A DNA stretch of 63,239 nt, counting the filler, from Octopus bimaculoides (taxonomy: Eukaryota), in NCBI RefSeq assembly GCF_001194135.2. It is 5 parts of 5 records of this genome, joined end to end, with 100 filler letters (N's around TTAATTAATTAA, not from the genome) between each part and the next. Parts side by side here need not be neighbours in the genome. Positions count along the whole stretch, not along the records: positions 9,893 to 24,561 come from NC_068992.1; 4 more parts are not named here. One strand, 5' to 3'. Below the pieces are notes generated by a model that was not told the origin of the DNA, did not search any database, and saw only the letters and a list, made by a program, of their open reading frames with translations. The position numbers and the translations under genes were made by a program. Positions 11,671 through 24,080 of the stretch are shown here, piece by piece (the first letter of the stretch is position 1; the number at the start of each line of letters is the position of its first letter).

Positions 11671-12379
11671 TTAAGAAAATTGGGTATTTTTAAATAAAAT
11701 TTTCTGCAAATACCCTTCAGATTTTCAGATGGTGTAGATCATGATTATATCGAAATTTAAGGCGACTAAAAAAAAAAAAATAAAATAAAAGTGGACACAC
11801 ACACATAAATACTGACACACATTCATTACCACACTTTGGTGCCTGGGGCTCGTGGTGGTGCTTCAGAATTTGGATTGTGGGAAGATTTTTGTAAACTGTA
11901 TTTTCTAAATCTGAGGGTGCACCATTGAAAAGTGAGGGGGCAATGCCATCCGGCGCACTTCCTTAGCGATGGGCATGCACGCATCACACACTCTCTCTTT
12001 TACTTGTTTCATTCATTTGATTGCGGCCATGCTGGAGCACCACCTTTACAGTCGAGTAAATCGACCCCAGAGCTTATATATATCTACACAATATTTTTTT
12101 TCAAGGTATAATTTATAGAGAATTCATTTAGAAATTCAGAACAATTGCTATACGATAAAAATACAAAAATGTTGATAACACTGCAATGCAAAGAGAAAAA
12201 AAAAAAAAGAACAGAAATAAACAACAATCTACTGTTTTTCTGTCTGTGATATCTGACAGGCTTACTACGAAATAATTGTCACAATTTGTAATAATTCAGT
12301 GAAAAGAAATTTGGTAAAAAAAAATAATTGTGATGTGTGTCTGTATGTATGTGGGCTCACCGTTTTTTTTGTTTCACAT

Positions 12380-12753
12380 GTGCCACTGGCATGTGAAAAG
12401 CCCCTTTCGAACATTGGGCCTCATGGAGGCAATGTAGCTGATGCTAGGTGTTGCATAACTAGCACTTGTGTCGGTGGAATGTAAAAAGCACCTTTCAAGT
12501 AGTGGGTCTTATGGAAGCAATGACAAATGACCAAGACCTTTGGCAATATGCTGTGCTTGAGAAGAAGACCCATTCAGCTAAGTGAAATTGTAGTTGTGGT
12601 AGACACTGATGCCATACAAATGGCACTCTTGGAGTGGTTGGCATTAGGAAGGACATCCAGCCATAGAAACCATGCTGAATTAGACAGTTCTGGTCATACC
12701 CCCAACCCATGCCAGCATGGACAACAGACATTAAAAGATGATGATGATGATGA
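12380..12753 (+). mobile_element. Family D long copy
   Basis: gagtggttggcattaggaagg core and aacccatgccagcatgga...(GAT)n tail. Confidence 0.75.
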
Positions 12754-13019
12754 AATTCTGATATAATCGTAAGCTAAATCAGCAGAAAGATATTTATAGA
12801 AAATTTCATTAAAAAAATATCCATTTTTTTTCTTGAAAGTTATGAGGAAACAAAACCAATGTGAGGTGTAGGATAATTGTAGTGGTATACCCTTCCTTCC
12901 TCCCACTAATCTTGGAGACCCCTAAAAATAAAAAAATAAAAAACAACTCAAAACACTGATCTCTAACATCTACCAAATTAGGAATAATTTAAATACAAAT
13001 TACAAATTAAATCAATTAC

Positions 13020-13109
13020 CTTTTCATCGCCCTCTTCCTGTTGGTCCCCTTCTTCCACATCTTCGTCTTCCTCTAGTACTTCTGGCAATTCCGGTTCTGA
13101 CATTTCCAT
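13020..13109 (-). CDS. First coding exon of an unidentified - strand gene (MEMSEPELPEVLEEDEDVEEGDQQEEGDEK)
   Basis: ATG at 13109, 30 non-repetitive acidic codons, AAG|GTAATT donor; the other two frames have stops; in-frame upstream stop; strong acceptor at 12922 gives a 98-nt intron. Confidence 0.65.
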
Positions 13110-13351
13110 CTTACCACCTCTACTTTCTCTGCAGAATCAAACCTTTTCACAGTCTTTCAACCAAATTGTTCAAAAGTTCTTCATAACAGCGAACTCATGC
13201 GGAAATTTTCTTCAACATTCGTAGACTTTTTCTCTTCAATCTTTTGTTTATTTTAACTGCCTGCTTTTTTTCTCCTGTTTTCCATTGTAGAGAAATAAAG
13301 AAAAAGAAAATGGCTTGGGTTTGTAGTCAGAAATTAATTAAAAAAAGCCCC

Positions 13352-13391
<40 letters not shown>

Positions 13392-13539
13392 ATTTCGAGA
13401 TGGTAATTTTTTGTTTCTCAACACACTCTTTCACATCAGGAATCTTGCAAAACAAATTCATAAACACACACACACATATATATATGTATATATATGTGTG
13501 TGTGTGGTGTGTATATATACTCACATACATACATACTAT

Positions 13540-13950
13540 CAAGGAATCTACAACTACTCTATACAGATTACAAGTTCAGGTTTATACATGTAATTATTGG
13601 GGCACTGGAATATGTAACATACTGCCTAAATACCAATCTTGAGAAATTAGGCTTCTCAAAACCAGAAAGGAGAAAGCTGGTTCAAAGACTACAGATCCAA
13701 TCCATCACTGGAACTGTAAAAATCTGTAAAACTTTCCAGAAGTTTATCCTTTAAATATATATGAGCATGTCTAGACATGCAACTATATGCATGAGAATAC
13801 ATACATAAAGCAAAACATACAAATCTGCACATATACATACAAACAAAAATACGCTGTTGTTGATGTTGAAATTCCAATGAAGGAGCCTTGGATCTATGTT
13901 AAAAACTGATTCTTTCTCTTTTGGCATGAGATCTTGAAATAAAACTGAAT
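13540..13950 (+). mobile_element. 3' end of an R4/Dong-like LINE
   Basis: VIIGALEYVTYCLNTNLEKLGF...LQIQSITGTVKICKTF* resembles the RLE-clade C-terminus; near-identical inverted copy at 23385-23830. Confidence 0.8.
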
Positions 13951-13984
13951 TATGACAGACATGCATACATACATACATATATAT

Positions 13985-14135
13985 ATATATGATGGCTTCT
14001 TTCAGTTTTCATGTACCAACTCCACTCACGTGTCCTTGGTTGGACTGGGGCAATAGTCGAAGACACTTGTCCAAGGTACTGCATAGTAGGACTGAACCCA
14101 AGAGCACATGGGTGGGAAGTAAAATCACACATGTA
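13985..14135 (-). mobile_element. SINE family A 5' half
   Basis: Reverse-complement match to the 3667-4073 head. Confidence 0.7.
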
Positions 14136-14428
14136 TATGCGTATATGTTTGTATATATATGTGCTTTCAGTGTGAATGGTTTACAATATTTTTAAATAAA
14201 TATTTTAAACATTCATGATATTTCTGAAGTTTATATCATTGTATATGCCTGTATACTTTATTTTACCTTACTTTTTAGACATTTTAGAGACTTAAAACTA
14301 TATATTTATTGATTCTAGAAAAAATTGAACACACACACGCACACACACATATATTAAATCTTGTGTTGGATATACGGTATTGTTCCTGTAGTCTTCTACC
14401 CTTATGTATCCATTCTTACTATAATTTG

Positions 14429-14467
<39 letters not shown>

Positions 14468-15262
14468 ATATAGGATAAATTCTTTATAAGAATTTANNNN
14501 NNNNNNNNNNNNNNNNNNNNNNNNNNNNNNNNNNNNNNNNNNNNNNNNNNNNNNNNNNNNNNNNNNNNNNNNNNNNNNNNNNNNNNNNNNNNNNNNNNNN
14601 NNNNNNNNNNNNNNNNNNNNNNNNNNNNNNNNNNNNNNNNNNNNNNNNNNNNNNNNNNNNNNNNNNNNNNNNNNNNNNNNNNNNNNNNNNNNNNNNNNNN
14701 NNNNNNNNNNNNNNNNNNNNNNNNNNNNNNNNNNNNNNNNNNNNNNNNNNNNNNNNNNNNNNNNNNNNNNNNNNNNNNNNNNNNNNNNNNNNNNNNNNNN
14801 NNNNNNNNNNNNNNNNNNNNNNNNNNNNNNNNNNNNNNNNNNNNNNNNNNNNNNNNNNNNNNNNNNNNNNNNNNNNNNNNNNNNNNNNNNNNNNNNNNNN
14901 NNNNNNNNNNNNNNNNNNNNNNNNNNNNNNNNNNNNNNNNNNNNNNNNNNNNNNNNNNNNNNNNNNNNNNNNNNNNNNNNNNNNNNNNNNNNNNNNNNNN
15001 NNNNNNNNNNNNNNNNNNNNNNNNNNNNNNNNNNNNNNNNNNNNNNNNNNNNNNNNNNNNNNNNNNNNNNNNNNNNNNNNNNNNNNNNNNNNNNNNNNNN
15101 NNNNNNNNNNNNNNNNNNNNNNNNNNNNNNNNNNNNNNNNNNNNNNNNNNNNNNNNNNNNNNNNNNNNNNNNNTTGGTAGTTTTTGACTTATTTAGTCCC
15201 TCGAAGCGTGAGGCATTACTACACAGTTAATGCCCTTTATATAAATTTATATATGGGTGACA

Positions 15263-15460
15263 CGTTCGTGCGGGTGACACGTAAAAGCACCCACTACACT
15301 CTCTGAGTGGTTGGCGTTAGGAAGGGCATCCAGCTGTAGAAACTCTGCCAAATCAGACTGGAGCCTGGTGTTGCCATCCGGTTTCACCAGTCCTCAGTCA
15401 AATCGTCCAACCCATGCTAGCATGGAAAGCGGACGTTAAACGATGATGACGATGATGATG
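15263..15460 (+). mobile_element. Family D copy
   Basis: Core and (GAT)n tail as in the other copies. Confidence 0.85.
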
Positions 15461-15548
15461 ATATATATATTTGCTAAAGGTAGTGCTCCAGCATGGTCCC
15501 AGTCAGATGACTGAAACAAGTAAAAGAGTAAAAGAAGATATGTGAACC

Positions 15549-15776
15549 CATGGAAAACGAACCTTCACCAACTATTCTGCCTATATGTCTGTGTACACCT
15601 TTGAATGCAGTATATGCCAGAAGGTGTGTAAATCTAATGGAGGCCTCAAAAAACATTTTGAGATCCACAAAGATCAGAATTTATCTGCAGCTTTTGGTGG
15701 TCCTAATTGGATATGCAATCTATGTAGGTGTCTTTTCAGAACATTGCCTGGTTTAAAAAACTGCAAATTCACCTGA
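15549..15776 (+). mobile_element. 5'-truncated 3' end of the zinc-finger-bearing RTE LINE (finger 2 and a degenerate finger 3)
   Basis: HGKRTFTNYSAYMSVYTFECSICQKVCKSNGGLKKHFEIHKDQNLSAAFGGPNWICNLCRCLFRTLPGLK; clearly homologous to 61995-62210. Confidence 0.85.
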
Positions 15777-15850
15777 CCCTAATTGAATTATTCTAAATGA
15801 CTTGAGATACTCGTCCTGCCTAGGTTTTGCTTTTCCCTCTAATATAATAT

Positions 15851-15910
<60 letters not shown>

Positions 15911-15914
15911 GGCA

Positions 15915-16400
15915 TTCACACACATATATACGACAGGCTTCTTTCAGTTTCCATCTACAAGATCTACTCACAAGGCTTTGGCTAGCTTGAGGTTAGAGTT
16001 GAAGACTCAAGGTGCCATGCAGTGGGACTGAATCTGGGACCATGTGGTTGGGAAGCAAGCTTCTTACCACACAGCCATGCCAACCATTGGACTGTGGTCA
16101 TGCAGGAGCAACACTTTAAATGGCTTGTGTTGAACAAACTGATGCCAGTACTTATTTTCTGCGTAAGTATGGGACTTGTTCTATTGGTCTCTTTCACCGA
16201 AATGGTAAGTTACGGGGGACATAAATAAATGACCAGTGGTGGGAGTGGGGACGAGGGAGGGAACCACAACACAAATACAGACACAGGAAAAGCTCTGGTT
16301 GACTCGAGCCTGTATATGCCCAAAGCATCACACAGTGCAACTGAACTGAAGACAACATGGTTTGGAAGCAAGGCTATTACCCACACGGCCAACCCCAACA
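15915..16400 (-). mobile_element. Two decayed family A SINE pieces
   Basis: Head (gggactgaa..ccacacagcca) and body motifs in reverse orientation. Confidence 0.65.
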
Positions 16401-16408
16401 CGTATATG

Positions 16409-16439
<31 letters not shown>

Positions 16440-16658
16440 ATACATATGCACACACACACGCACACAGATGCACTCAGAATAGTTAAAAGAAAGGAAAAAA
16501 TCATAAATTTCACAGATGTTCTCATAACTGAGCTCTTAAATTCCATAGATGTATTTGATAATTTTATATTGTGTGTGTGTGTGTATGTGTGAGTGTGTCT
16601 GTGTGTGTTAGGACGTGCGTGTGTGCGTATGTATGGATGAATATATATGTAAGCGCGC

Positions 16659-16721
<63 letters not shown>

Positions 16722-16804
16722 TCATTGTAACAATATCTGTTTTGAAATTCATGCTTCAATTGATGTTTTCTCACACAAAGCATTTTAACGACAGGGACAG
16801 AAAG

Positions 16805-16836
<32 letters not shown>

Positions 16837-17157
16837 GGATAGTTAGCTAGACAGATAGATAAATAGATAGGTAGATAGATAAATAGAGAGAGAAATAAGA
16901 AACATAGAAGATTTTATACTTCGTTAGATAGATTCAGAGATATATTGACAGATAGAGAGATATAGAAAACGTACATAAAAGTTTTATACTTCGTTAACGA
17001 GTTGTTCAATAAGTTATCGTTGACATAATCAAAATGCGTTGGTCAGTCTGTATAGAGACTAGTTCAGCGTACATCGGTCACTCGCTGGTTTTATGCGATA
17101 GAACGTCATACGACATGTGGCGGTGTTGTTAGAGGTAGACTGGACGGCGTCTAGTTG

Positions 17158-17171
17158 GTTGTTATAGCAAC
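17158..17171. promoter_or_regulatory. RFX X-box motif in a CpG-rich, promoter-like segment (~16990-17250)
   Basis: GTTGTTATAGCAAC fits GTHNYY-AT-RRNAAC exactly; YY1-like AAGATGGC follows 4 nt later; CpG visibly enriched. Confidence 0.45.
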
Positions 17172-17286
17172 TAATAAGATGGCCACCAAAACAATGCTGT
17201 TGTACTGTCGATCAAGGGAAGATAATTGCTTGTAATTTACGCGCGCGTACATGCGTGCATGTATGCGTGTGTGTGTGTGTGTGTGC

Positions 17287-17317
<31 letters not shown>

Positions 17318-19039
17318 CACGCAAATACATCATGTATTTGTATGTCTACCTGCACACAACATAGTATATACGGATGCGATGTACCCCTATGTGCTAGTTG
17401 CATAGCTAGTATTATTGCGCGTGCCAAATTATATATATATGGATTGGCTGTGTGGTAAATAGCTTGCTTACCAACTACTTGGGGACCTTTATGGTTTGAC
17501 GGGCAACATTTTTTTATGTAGTGTTTTTGGTACCGAAACACTTTCAAACTTCGTATACTTGTATATTTTGTGGTATAGAACAGATAAAATATTTTGTATT
17601 CGAAGTTATTTCACGTTAAAACTTGTCTTATTTCGATAATTTCAACTAATCACTGACGTCTATTCAGTTGAATACAGTTAGTGCTGTGACGGTGTATATG
17701 GTATTAATCCCCGTTAGTTCTGACATTTCCGATTAACTAGACTGTTCGTAAACAAAGGGGAAAAAGCCATCAAAATACTTGAATTATTAATGCACCTCCA
17801 TCAAGTGCTTCATTTCCTAGANNNNNNNNNNNNNNNNNNNNNNNNNNNNNNNNNNNNNNNNNNNNNNNNNNNNNNNNNNNNNNNNNNNNNNNNNNNNNNN
17901 NNNNNNNNNNNNNNNNNNNNNNNNNNNNNNNNNNNNNNNNNNNNNNNNNNNNNNNNNNNNNNNNNNNNNNNNNNNNNNNNNNNNNNNNNNNNNNNNNNNN
18001 NNNNNNNNNNNNNNNNNNNNNNNNNNNNNNNNNNNNNNNNNNNNNNNNNNNNNNNNNNNNNNNNNNNNNNNNNNNNNNNNNNNNNNNNNNNNNNNNNNNN
18101 NNNNNNNNNNNNNNNNNNNNNNNNNNNNNNNNNNNNNNNNNNNNNNNNNNNNNNNNNNNNNNNNNNNNNNNNNNNNNNNNNNNNNNNNNNNNNNNNNNNN
18201 NNNNNNNNNNNNNNNNNNNNNNNNNNNNNNNNNNNNNNNNNNNNNNNNNNNNNNNNNNNNNNNNNNNNNNNNNNNNNNNNNNNNNNNNNNNNNNNNNNNN
18301 NNNNNNNNNNNNNNNNNNNNNNNNNNNNNNNNNNNNNNNNNNNNNNNNNNNNNNNNNNNNNNNNNNNNNNNNNNNNNNNNNNNNNNNNNNNNNNNNNNNN
18401 NNNNNNNNNNNNNNNNNNNNNNNNNNNNNNNNNNNNNNNNNNNNNNNNNNNNNNNNNNNNNNNNNNNNNNNNNNNNNNNNNNNNNNNNNNNNNNNNNNNN
18501 NNNNNNNNNNNNNNNNNNNNNNNNNNNNNNNNNNNNNNNNNNNNNNNNNNNNNNNNNNNNNNNNNNNNNNNNNNNNNNNNNNNNNNNNNNNNNNNNNNNN
18601 NNNNNNNNNNNNNNNNNNNNNNNNNNNNNNNNNNNNNNNNNNNNNNNNNNNNNNNNNNNNNNNNNNNNNNNNNNNNNNNNNNNNNNNNNNNNNNNNNNNN
18701 NNNNNNNNNTATGAGTTGAAAATATGTAAAGAAAGAAGAAAAATGCCTTCGTTTCACATAGTTTAATTTTTTTTTTTATATAAATATATACATATTATAC
18801 GGGTGTTGTAAAATCCAACCGGTTTTCGCTGTTTAAATTAGCTTTTCAAGGGGCATTGTATAGTGATATTATAACGTAATTATGACATTAAAATATAAAG
18901 ATTAATTCGCATGATGAAGAAGTTTCGCCATCTTGGCTGTTTGAAAAATAAGAAATGGTTTAGAGAGTGAACCAAGGGAGGTAATGCGTGTCAAGGGGGA
19001 TAACTGATTCCTTAGGATAGATTTTCAGGGTTATCAGAT

Positions 19040-19258
19040 TTGACAAGACAAATCACTCAATTGTGGTACATGCCCACACCTAAGTGAAGACTCGGAATTC
19101 ACATTCCAGCAAGGACAAAAATTCTCAATCAAAACTAACTTCACATGTGCCACTTACAACCTTATCTATGTCCTAACCTGCTCAGGTTGTGGCCATAACT
19201 ATGTAGGCCAAACGAGCCTTTCTTTGAGACGCAGAGTCACATTGCATAAGGAACATAA
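19040..19258 (+). mobile_element. Penelope-like element, GIY-YIG endonuclease fragment
   Basis: CGTCPHL...FSIKTNFTCATYNLIYVLTCSGCGHNYVGQTSLSLRRRVTLHKEHI: the LIY...YVG and LR.R...H pattern of PLE GIY-YIG domains. Confidence 0.85.
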
Positions 19259-19259
19259 C

Positions 19260-19700
19260 GTATATTAATGTCCGTGTTGGGTGTATGTGTGGGTCGGGTG
19301 CTGGCGCTAGCATAGTTATGGTTGCTTAGGTTTTGGTAATAGAGCGAGAGTTTATGTTTGTTAGAAGTTGCTATAATAGATTCAAAGTTAGGAGTGGTAG
19401 AATACGACAATTTTAAAGTGGATCTGTTGAATATAGAGTGGTATTTGTGTTGTCGTGGGAAGTTAGAATCTAGTATTTTAAAGAAAGATTTGGCTAGGTT
19501 CCTAGTGTTAAGAGAGAATGGGGGTGGTGTACCACAGGATGAAGCGGCCACCGCTTTTTTTGGAGGTTCTGTGCATGTTGTAATTAAGGTGTTTAGGTGG
19601 AGGGCAGTTGTCTATACTTTTGGTAGGGCTAGCTGATTTAAGCATCTTAGATTTAGCCCTAGTGTTATAAGTGTTATTGTGGGGTCTGTTTGAATATGAA
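19260..19700 (-). mobile_element. Penelope-like element, RT/EN linker fragment
   Basis: PPFSLNTRNLAKSFFKILDSNFPRQHKYHSIFNRSTLKLSYSTTPNFESII resembles the PLE NPP(F/Y)S...HFP...IFNR..K.SYS..PN block. Confidence 0.8.
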
Positions 19701-19703
19701 ATT

Positions 19704-19859
19704 GTACAGCAGGGTTCGCCACCATCCCATGCCGGAGCCTTGTGGAGCTTTAAGTGTTTTCGCTCAATAAACACTTACAACGCCCGGTCTGGGAATCGAA
19801 ACGGCGATCCTATGACTGTGAGTCCGTTGCCTTAACCACTGGGTCATTGCGCCTCCACT
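19704..19859 (-). mobile_element. SINE family B, 5' 155 bp
   Basis: Reverse complement of 20069-20225. Confidence 0.9.
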
Positions 19860-20068
19860 GCAAATTGCTGTACTTGTGGGAAAATTTGAAACCAATAATA
19901 CTTATAATGCCATTGAATCTTAAAGGTTTTAGATTTTTGTCAGACTCAGTTTCTTCCTGGCCATCTCAACTCAAGTCTTAATCAGCAGAGAGTAAGGTTG
20001 ATGCAGAAGCTGAGTACCTCTACCCACGACAAAACAACTTGCTTTAAATTCCCATTACATTAGTAACA

Positions 20069-20490
20069 GTGGAGGCGCAATGGCCCAGTGGTTAGGGCAA
20101 CGAACTCGCGGTCATAGGATCGCGGTTTCGATTCCCAGACCGGGCGTTGTGAGTGTTTATTGAGCGAAAACACCTAAAGCTCCACGAGGCTCCGGCAGGG
20201 GGATGGTGGCGAACCCTGCTGTACTCTTTCACCACAACTTTCTCTCACTCTTACTTCCTGTTTCTGTTTTACTTGTAATTCAAAGGGTCAGCCTTGTCAC
20301 ACTCTGTGTCATGCTGAATGTCCCCGAGAACTACGTTAAGGGCACACGTGTCTGTGGAGTGCTCAGCCACTTGCACGTAAATTTCACGAGCAGGCTGTTC
20401 TGTTGATCGGATCAACTGGAACCCTCGATGTCGTAAGCGACGGAGTGCCAACAACAGCAATTAGTAACAACAACGCCAACGCCAACAACA
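20069..20490 (+). mobile_element. SINE family B, full length (tRNA-Arg-like head)
   Basis: A box TGGCCCAGTGG, B box GGTTTCGATTCC, body shared with 53478-53735, (AAC)n tail. Confidence 0.9.
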
Positions 20491-21989
20491 AGCTTAATAA
20501 CTTTTTAATCACGAAAGTGTTGAGCATTTTTATACGAAACGAATACATGAGTTTTTGAACAGAACCAGATTTCCTTTCCATTTCATGTGTTTTTCTACTT
20601 CATTATTTTCGTTGCTGTCTTCGTCCTTTTTCTCATTCATCTTCGCCGTCTTCTCTTCGCATAATTTCTCCTCCTCTTATTCTTTCTCTTTCGTCTTTTT
20701 TTCTTTCGTCTTTTTCTCTTTCGTCTTTTTCTCTTTCGTCTTTTTTGTCGCGCCCTTCCTGAAAAATGCTGGTGACACACTCATGTAAGAAATTCTTAGA
20801 CCATATTATTGATTAAACGTACAAAAGTCGGATAGTTTATTATGAGTTGGTGATGCAATTTTGAATTTGTTTCGTTAATATAAAATCTTCCCTACTCAGT
20901 AGTTATGAAACCAACGCTTCTTTTTCATGCTTACCTCTGTTTTTGTTCACTTATCAGGGAAATATTGGAGATATATTCTGTAGCCCTAGTTTCGGCCCAG
21001 CAGCAGCGCCATTTTAACATTATTATAGCTACCACCGTGCAAATCAATGCATGGGCCATATGGTATTTTATTTATTAAGAGTAAGCCACAACATACATCA
21101 GAATTAGGCCTCTGGGTTCGTGAAGTTCTTGGGGAAATCATTTCACTGGACTCTATAATATTTATTAACTAACAGCAAACCACAGCATACATCGATCGAA
21201 GTCGGGTCCCTACTCTGGTGAAATCTCCGGGCAATAGCCTACTGTGCCCATGCCTTAAGACGGTACTGTCCAGCAATGAAAATTAACTTTTGTTTCCACT
21301 TTTATATCACAAGATCTACACTTTTGGTTTTTGTCGATTTTAAAGTATTTGCCTGGGATATCTATTGTGGTCAGAGCTTGGTCTTCTCTGGCAGCTTACT
21401 ACACTAAAGACAGTTTCAGTCTTATATAAAGCTTTAAAATACATGCGTAACAAATATTGTACAATAAGAGTAAAAAATGATGAAATTTTCTTATTTCCTT
21501 ATTCAACCATTATTCACGTGGCTATGTATATTCTTCGCTAGCTCCCACTTCACCTAACTATGTTAAAAATCACCAATATTACCCAACATAACAAATTGCT
21601 TGATAAAAGAGTTGGTGAGTAATACATTAAAATATAACACCCCCTAACGTTTAATTTAGCTTCCGGAATTGTATTCGTTTAGCCACTGATTTTATCTGAG
21701 ACCGTGTTTGAAACTAAAATAACTACAGAGCCATTTAATAACACACGAATATGTTATGATAAATCCATATTTTAGATTTAAATTTATTTCTTGAGATGCT
21801 AAAAGTTTCGCACAACTACGCCCTGGTCACTTGGAAATTATAGTAAATTCAAATTTGAAATGAATTTTACAGTTTTGTCCGTCCGTCCGTCTGTCTGTCT
21901 GTCCATCCATCCATCCATCCATCCACCCATCCATCCAGCCATCCATCCATCCATCCATCCATCCATCCATCCCTTCTGCCCACTATTCT

Positions 21990-22190
21990 TTGGTAGGTCA
22001 TAGGGGTAGAGTCCATAGGCACCTCCTGCATAGGATTCTATTAGGGACAACCATCATTAGACTTTCTGCCTGGATTCCAAAGGGTGACCAACAGAGACAA
22101 TCGATATTACCCAACCATCTCATTCTTGGTCTACCCCCGTATCTCCTGCCGGTTGATTCGGCTTGAAGAATGTCTTGCAAGTCTTTCCTA
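21990..22190 (-). mobile_element. RTE-like LINE 3' fragment
   Basis: ILQAESTGRRYGGRPRMRWLGNI matches the G.R.RGRPR.RW.D.I motif. Confidence 0.65.
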
Positions 22191-22324
22191 CAACATTCTA
22201 ATCATATGTCGTACAGGAGCTGTGACATCTCAATGCGGAAAAGAAGCGGTTTCGTGTATTACTAAACAAATATAAAATTTTATTAAAACGTCTGATTGCA
22301 ATTGCAATAGACATTTAACTAATA

Positions 22325-22610
22325 TAGGGTGGCCCAAAAGTTACTGAGGGATTGCAATTTTTGATAATTCTTTTATTTTTCGACCCCTTTCTTTTCTTTT
22401 CTTTTCAGGGAATTTATGAACGAGGACTCGGAAATTAATTATGATAAAATATGGCACCGCACAACGCACACAAGCAGTGAAATTGTTCTATCAAAATCAG
22501 GGGTCAATTATTCAAACTCAGAGAGCATATAGTCGGCACTTACACATGCGAAATGCCCCAAGTGAAAGCAATATATATGACATTATATGCTCTGTGCTGC
22601 CGATCAGAAT
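22325..22610 (+). mobile_element. Tc1/mariner-superfamily 5' end (DUF4817-type HTH N-terminus)
   Basis: TA + gggtggcccaaaagt TIR-like start; MIKYGTAQRTQAVKLFYQNQGSIIQTQRAY...RNAPSESNI. Confidence 0.7.
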
Positions 22611-22699
22611 CTCTCAAGTATACAATCTGATGCTCCAATCTTCACTACGAAGCTATGATTTTGGTATCTACAAGACATAGTGTATGTTAAGTAATACGT

Positions 22700-22900
22700 T
22701 ACTTTCCCTCTATATGGACATCATCATAGCTTACCTCATAATGACATACCTTTCCAGGCCATCTTCTACTTAGAGATCCCCAAGGATTGCACTTTGATTT
22801 CCCCATACAAAAACCTTTCAGGAAGACATGCCATCGTTCTTCTGTGAAACTTTCGAGACAATAGAATGTTTTCAATTGTGACGTCAGGCAATGGAACTTT
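22700..22900 (-). mobile_element. Decayed RTE-like LINE fragment
   Basis: DG/LPERFLYGE motif across a frameshift. Confidence 0.45.
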
Positions 22901-23384
22901 TCTATTATTTTTTTTTACGTCATTAACAAGAGAATGCTTCCCTTCCTTTGCTTGTGACGACAGACACCATTTGTAAGTAGTAAAGCAAGTAGAAGGATGT
23001 TTGATGAAGTTAACCAAAAATTGTTAATTATTGAAAACTAGTCGTTATCCGTCGCCACGCTGCCGGTAAAATCTTCATAAATTGTTCAAATTGAAAGCCT
23101 TTTTTTAAAGTCTGTGTTGCGTTGTCTATCTGCTCAAACACACACACACGCGCGCGCATTTGTATAAATTAACCGAAATTCGTTGCCGCAAATTTCCTAC
23201 GGGAAGATGTTCTTCCTGTCGTCAGTCCTCACCTGTTTCTAAGCAACATAATATTGCCTCTTCTCCCTCAAAAATCAACGGCACAATGCCAAGTCGATAT
23301 TTATCCACAATTAGCGTGCGATATCAAGACAATGGGACTTTCTCTCTGTGTCTCACACACACTCATATGTATGTATGTCATTAT

Positions 23385-24080
23385 TGAGTTTATTTCAAGA
23401 TTTCTTGCCAATAGAGAAAGAACCGGTTTCTAACCTAGATTCAAGGCTCCTTCATTGGAATTTCAACATCAACAACATGGTATGTATGTATGTATGTATG
23501 TATGTATGTCAGATTTGTTTGTTTTATGTATGTATTCTCATGCATATAGTTGCATATCTAGACATGCTCATATATATTTAAATGATAAACTTCTGGAAAG
23601 TTTTACAGATTTTTACAGTTCCAGTGATGGATTGGATCTGTAGCCTTCGAATTAGCCTTCTCCATTCTGGTTTTGAGAAGCCTAATTCCTCAAACTTGGT
23701 ATTTAGGCAGTGTGTTACATATCTCAGGGCCTCAATAATTACAGGTATAAACCTGAACTTGTAATCTGGATAAAGTACGTGCAGATTTCTCAAAAGGTGT
23801 TCTCTTTTCCACTGATCTCAGCTTTATGTTAACATCTACTGGGCAGCTAATTTCCACAACTGTGCACAGTTTCTCTTCTCTATCTCAAATCATTATATCA
23901 AGTCTGTCGTGCTTACATTTTATTGAGGTGTTCACTGGGACATTCCACCAGTATTCCTTTTTCTGATAAGTGGCTATGGCTTCTACCATACTGCGGGTCC
24001 TTATGTCTTTGTCCTCGAGATTATCCTTCCGACGGATTTCATTATAGAGTATCCTAGCTACAACATCAAGTCTCATCGAT
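23385..24080 (-). mobile_element. R4/Dong-like LINE 3' 700 bp
   Basis: RLDVVARILY...YWWNVPVNTSIKCKHDRLDIMI...YPDYKFRFIPVII.AL.YV: RH(D).V and PD..I RLE motifs; same family as 13540-13950. Confidence 0.85.

Noticed and set aside
20071-20145. SINE-B head as a functional tRNA-Arg gene
   Set aside because: It has A/B boxes but no proper acceptor stem and continues into a repeated SINE body.
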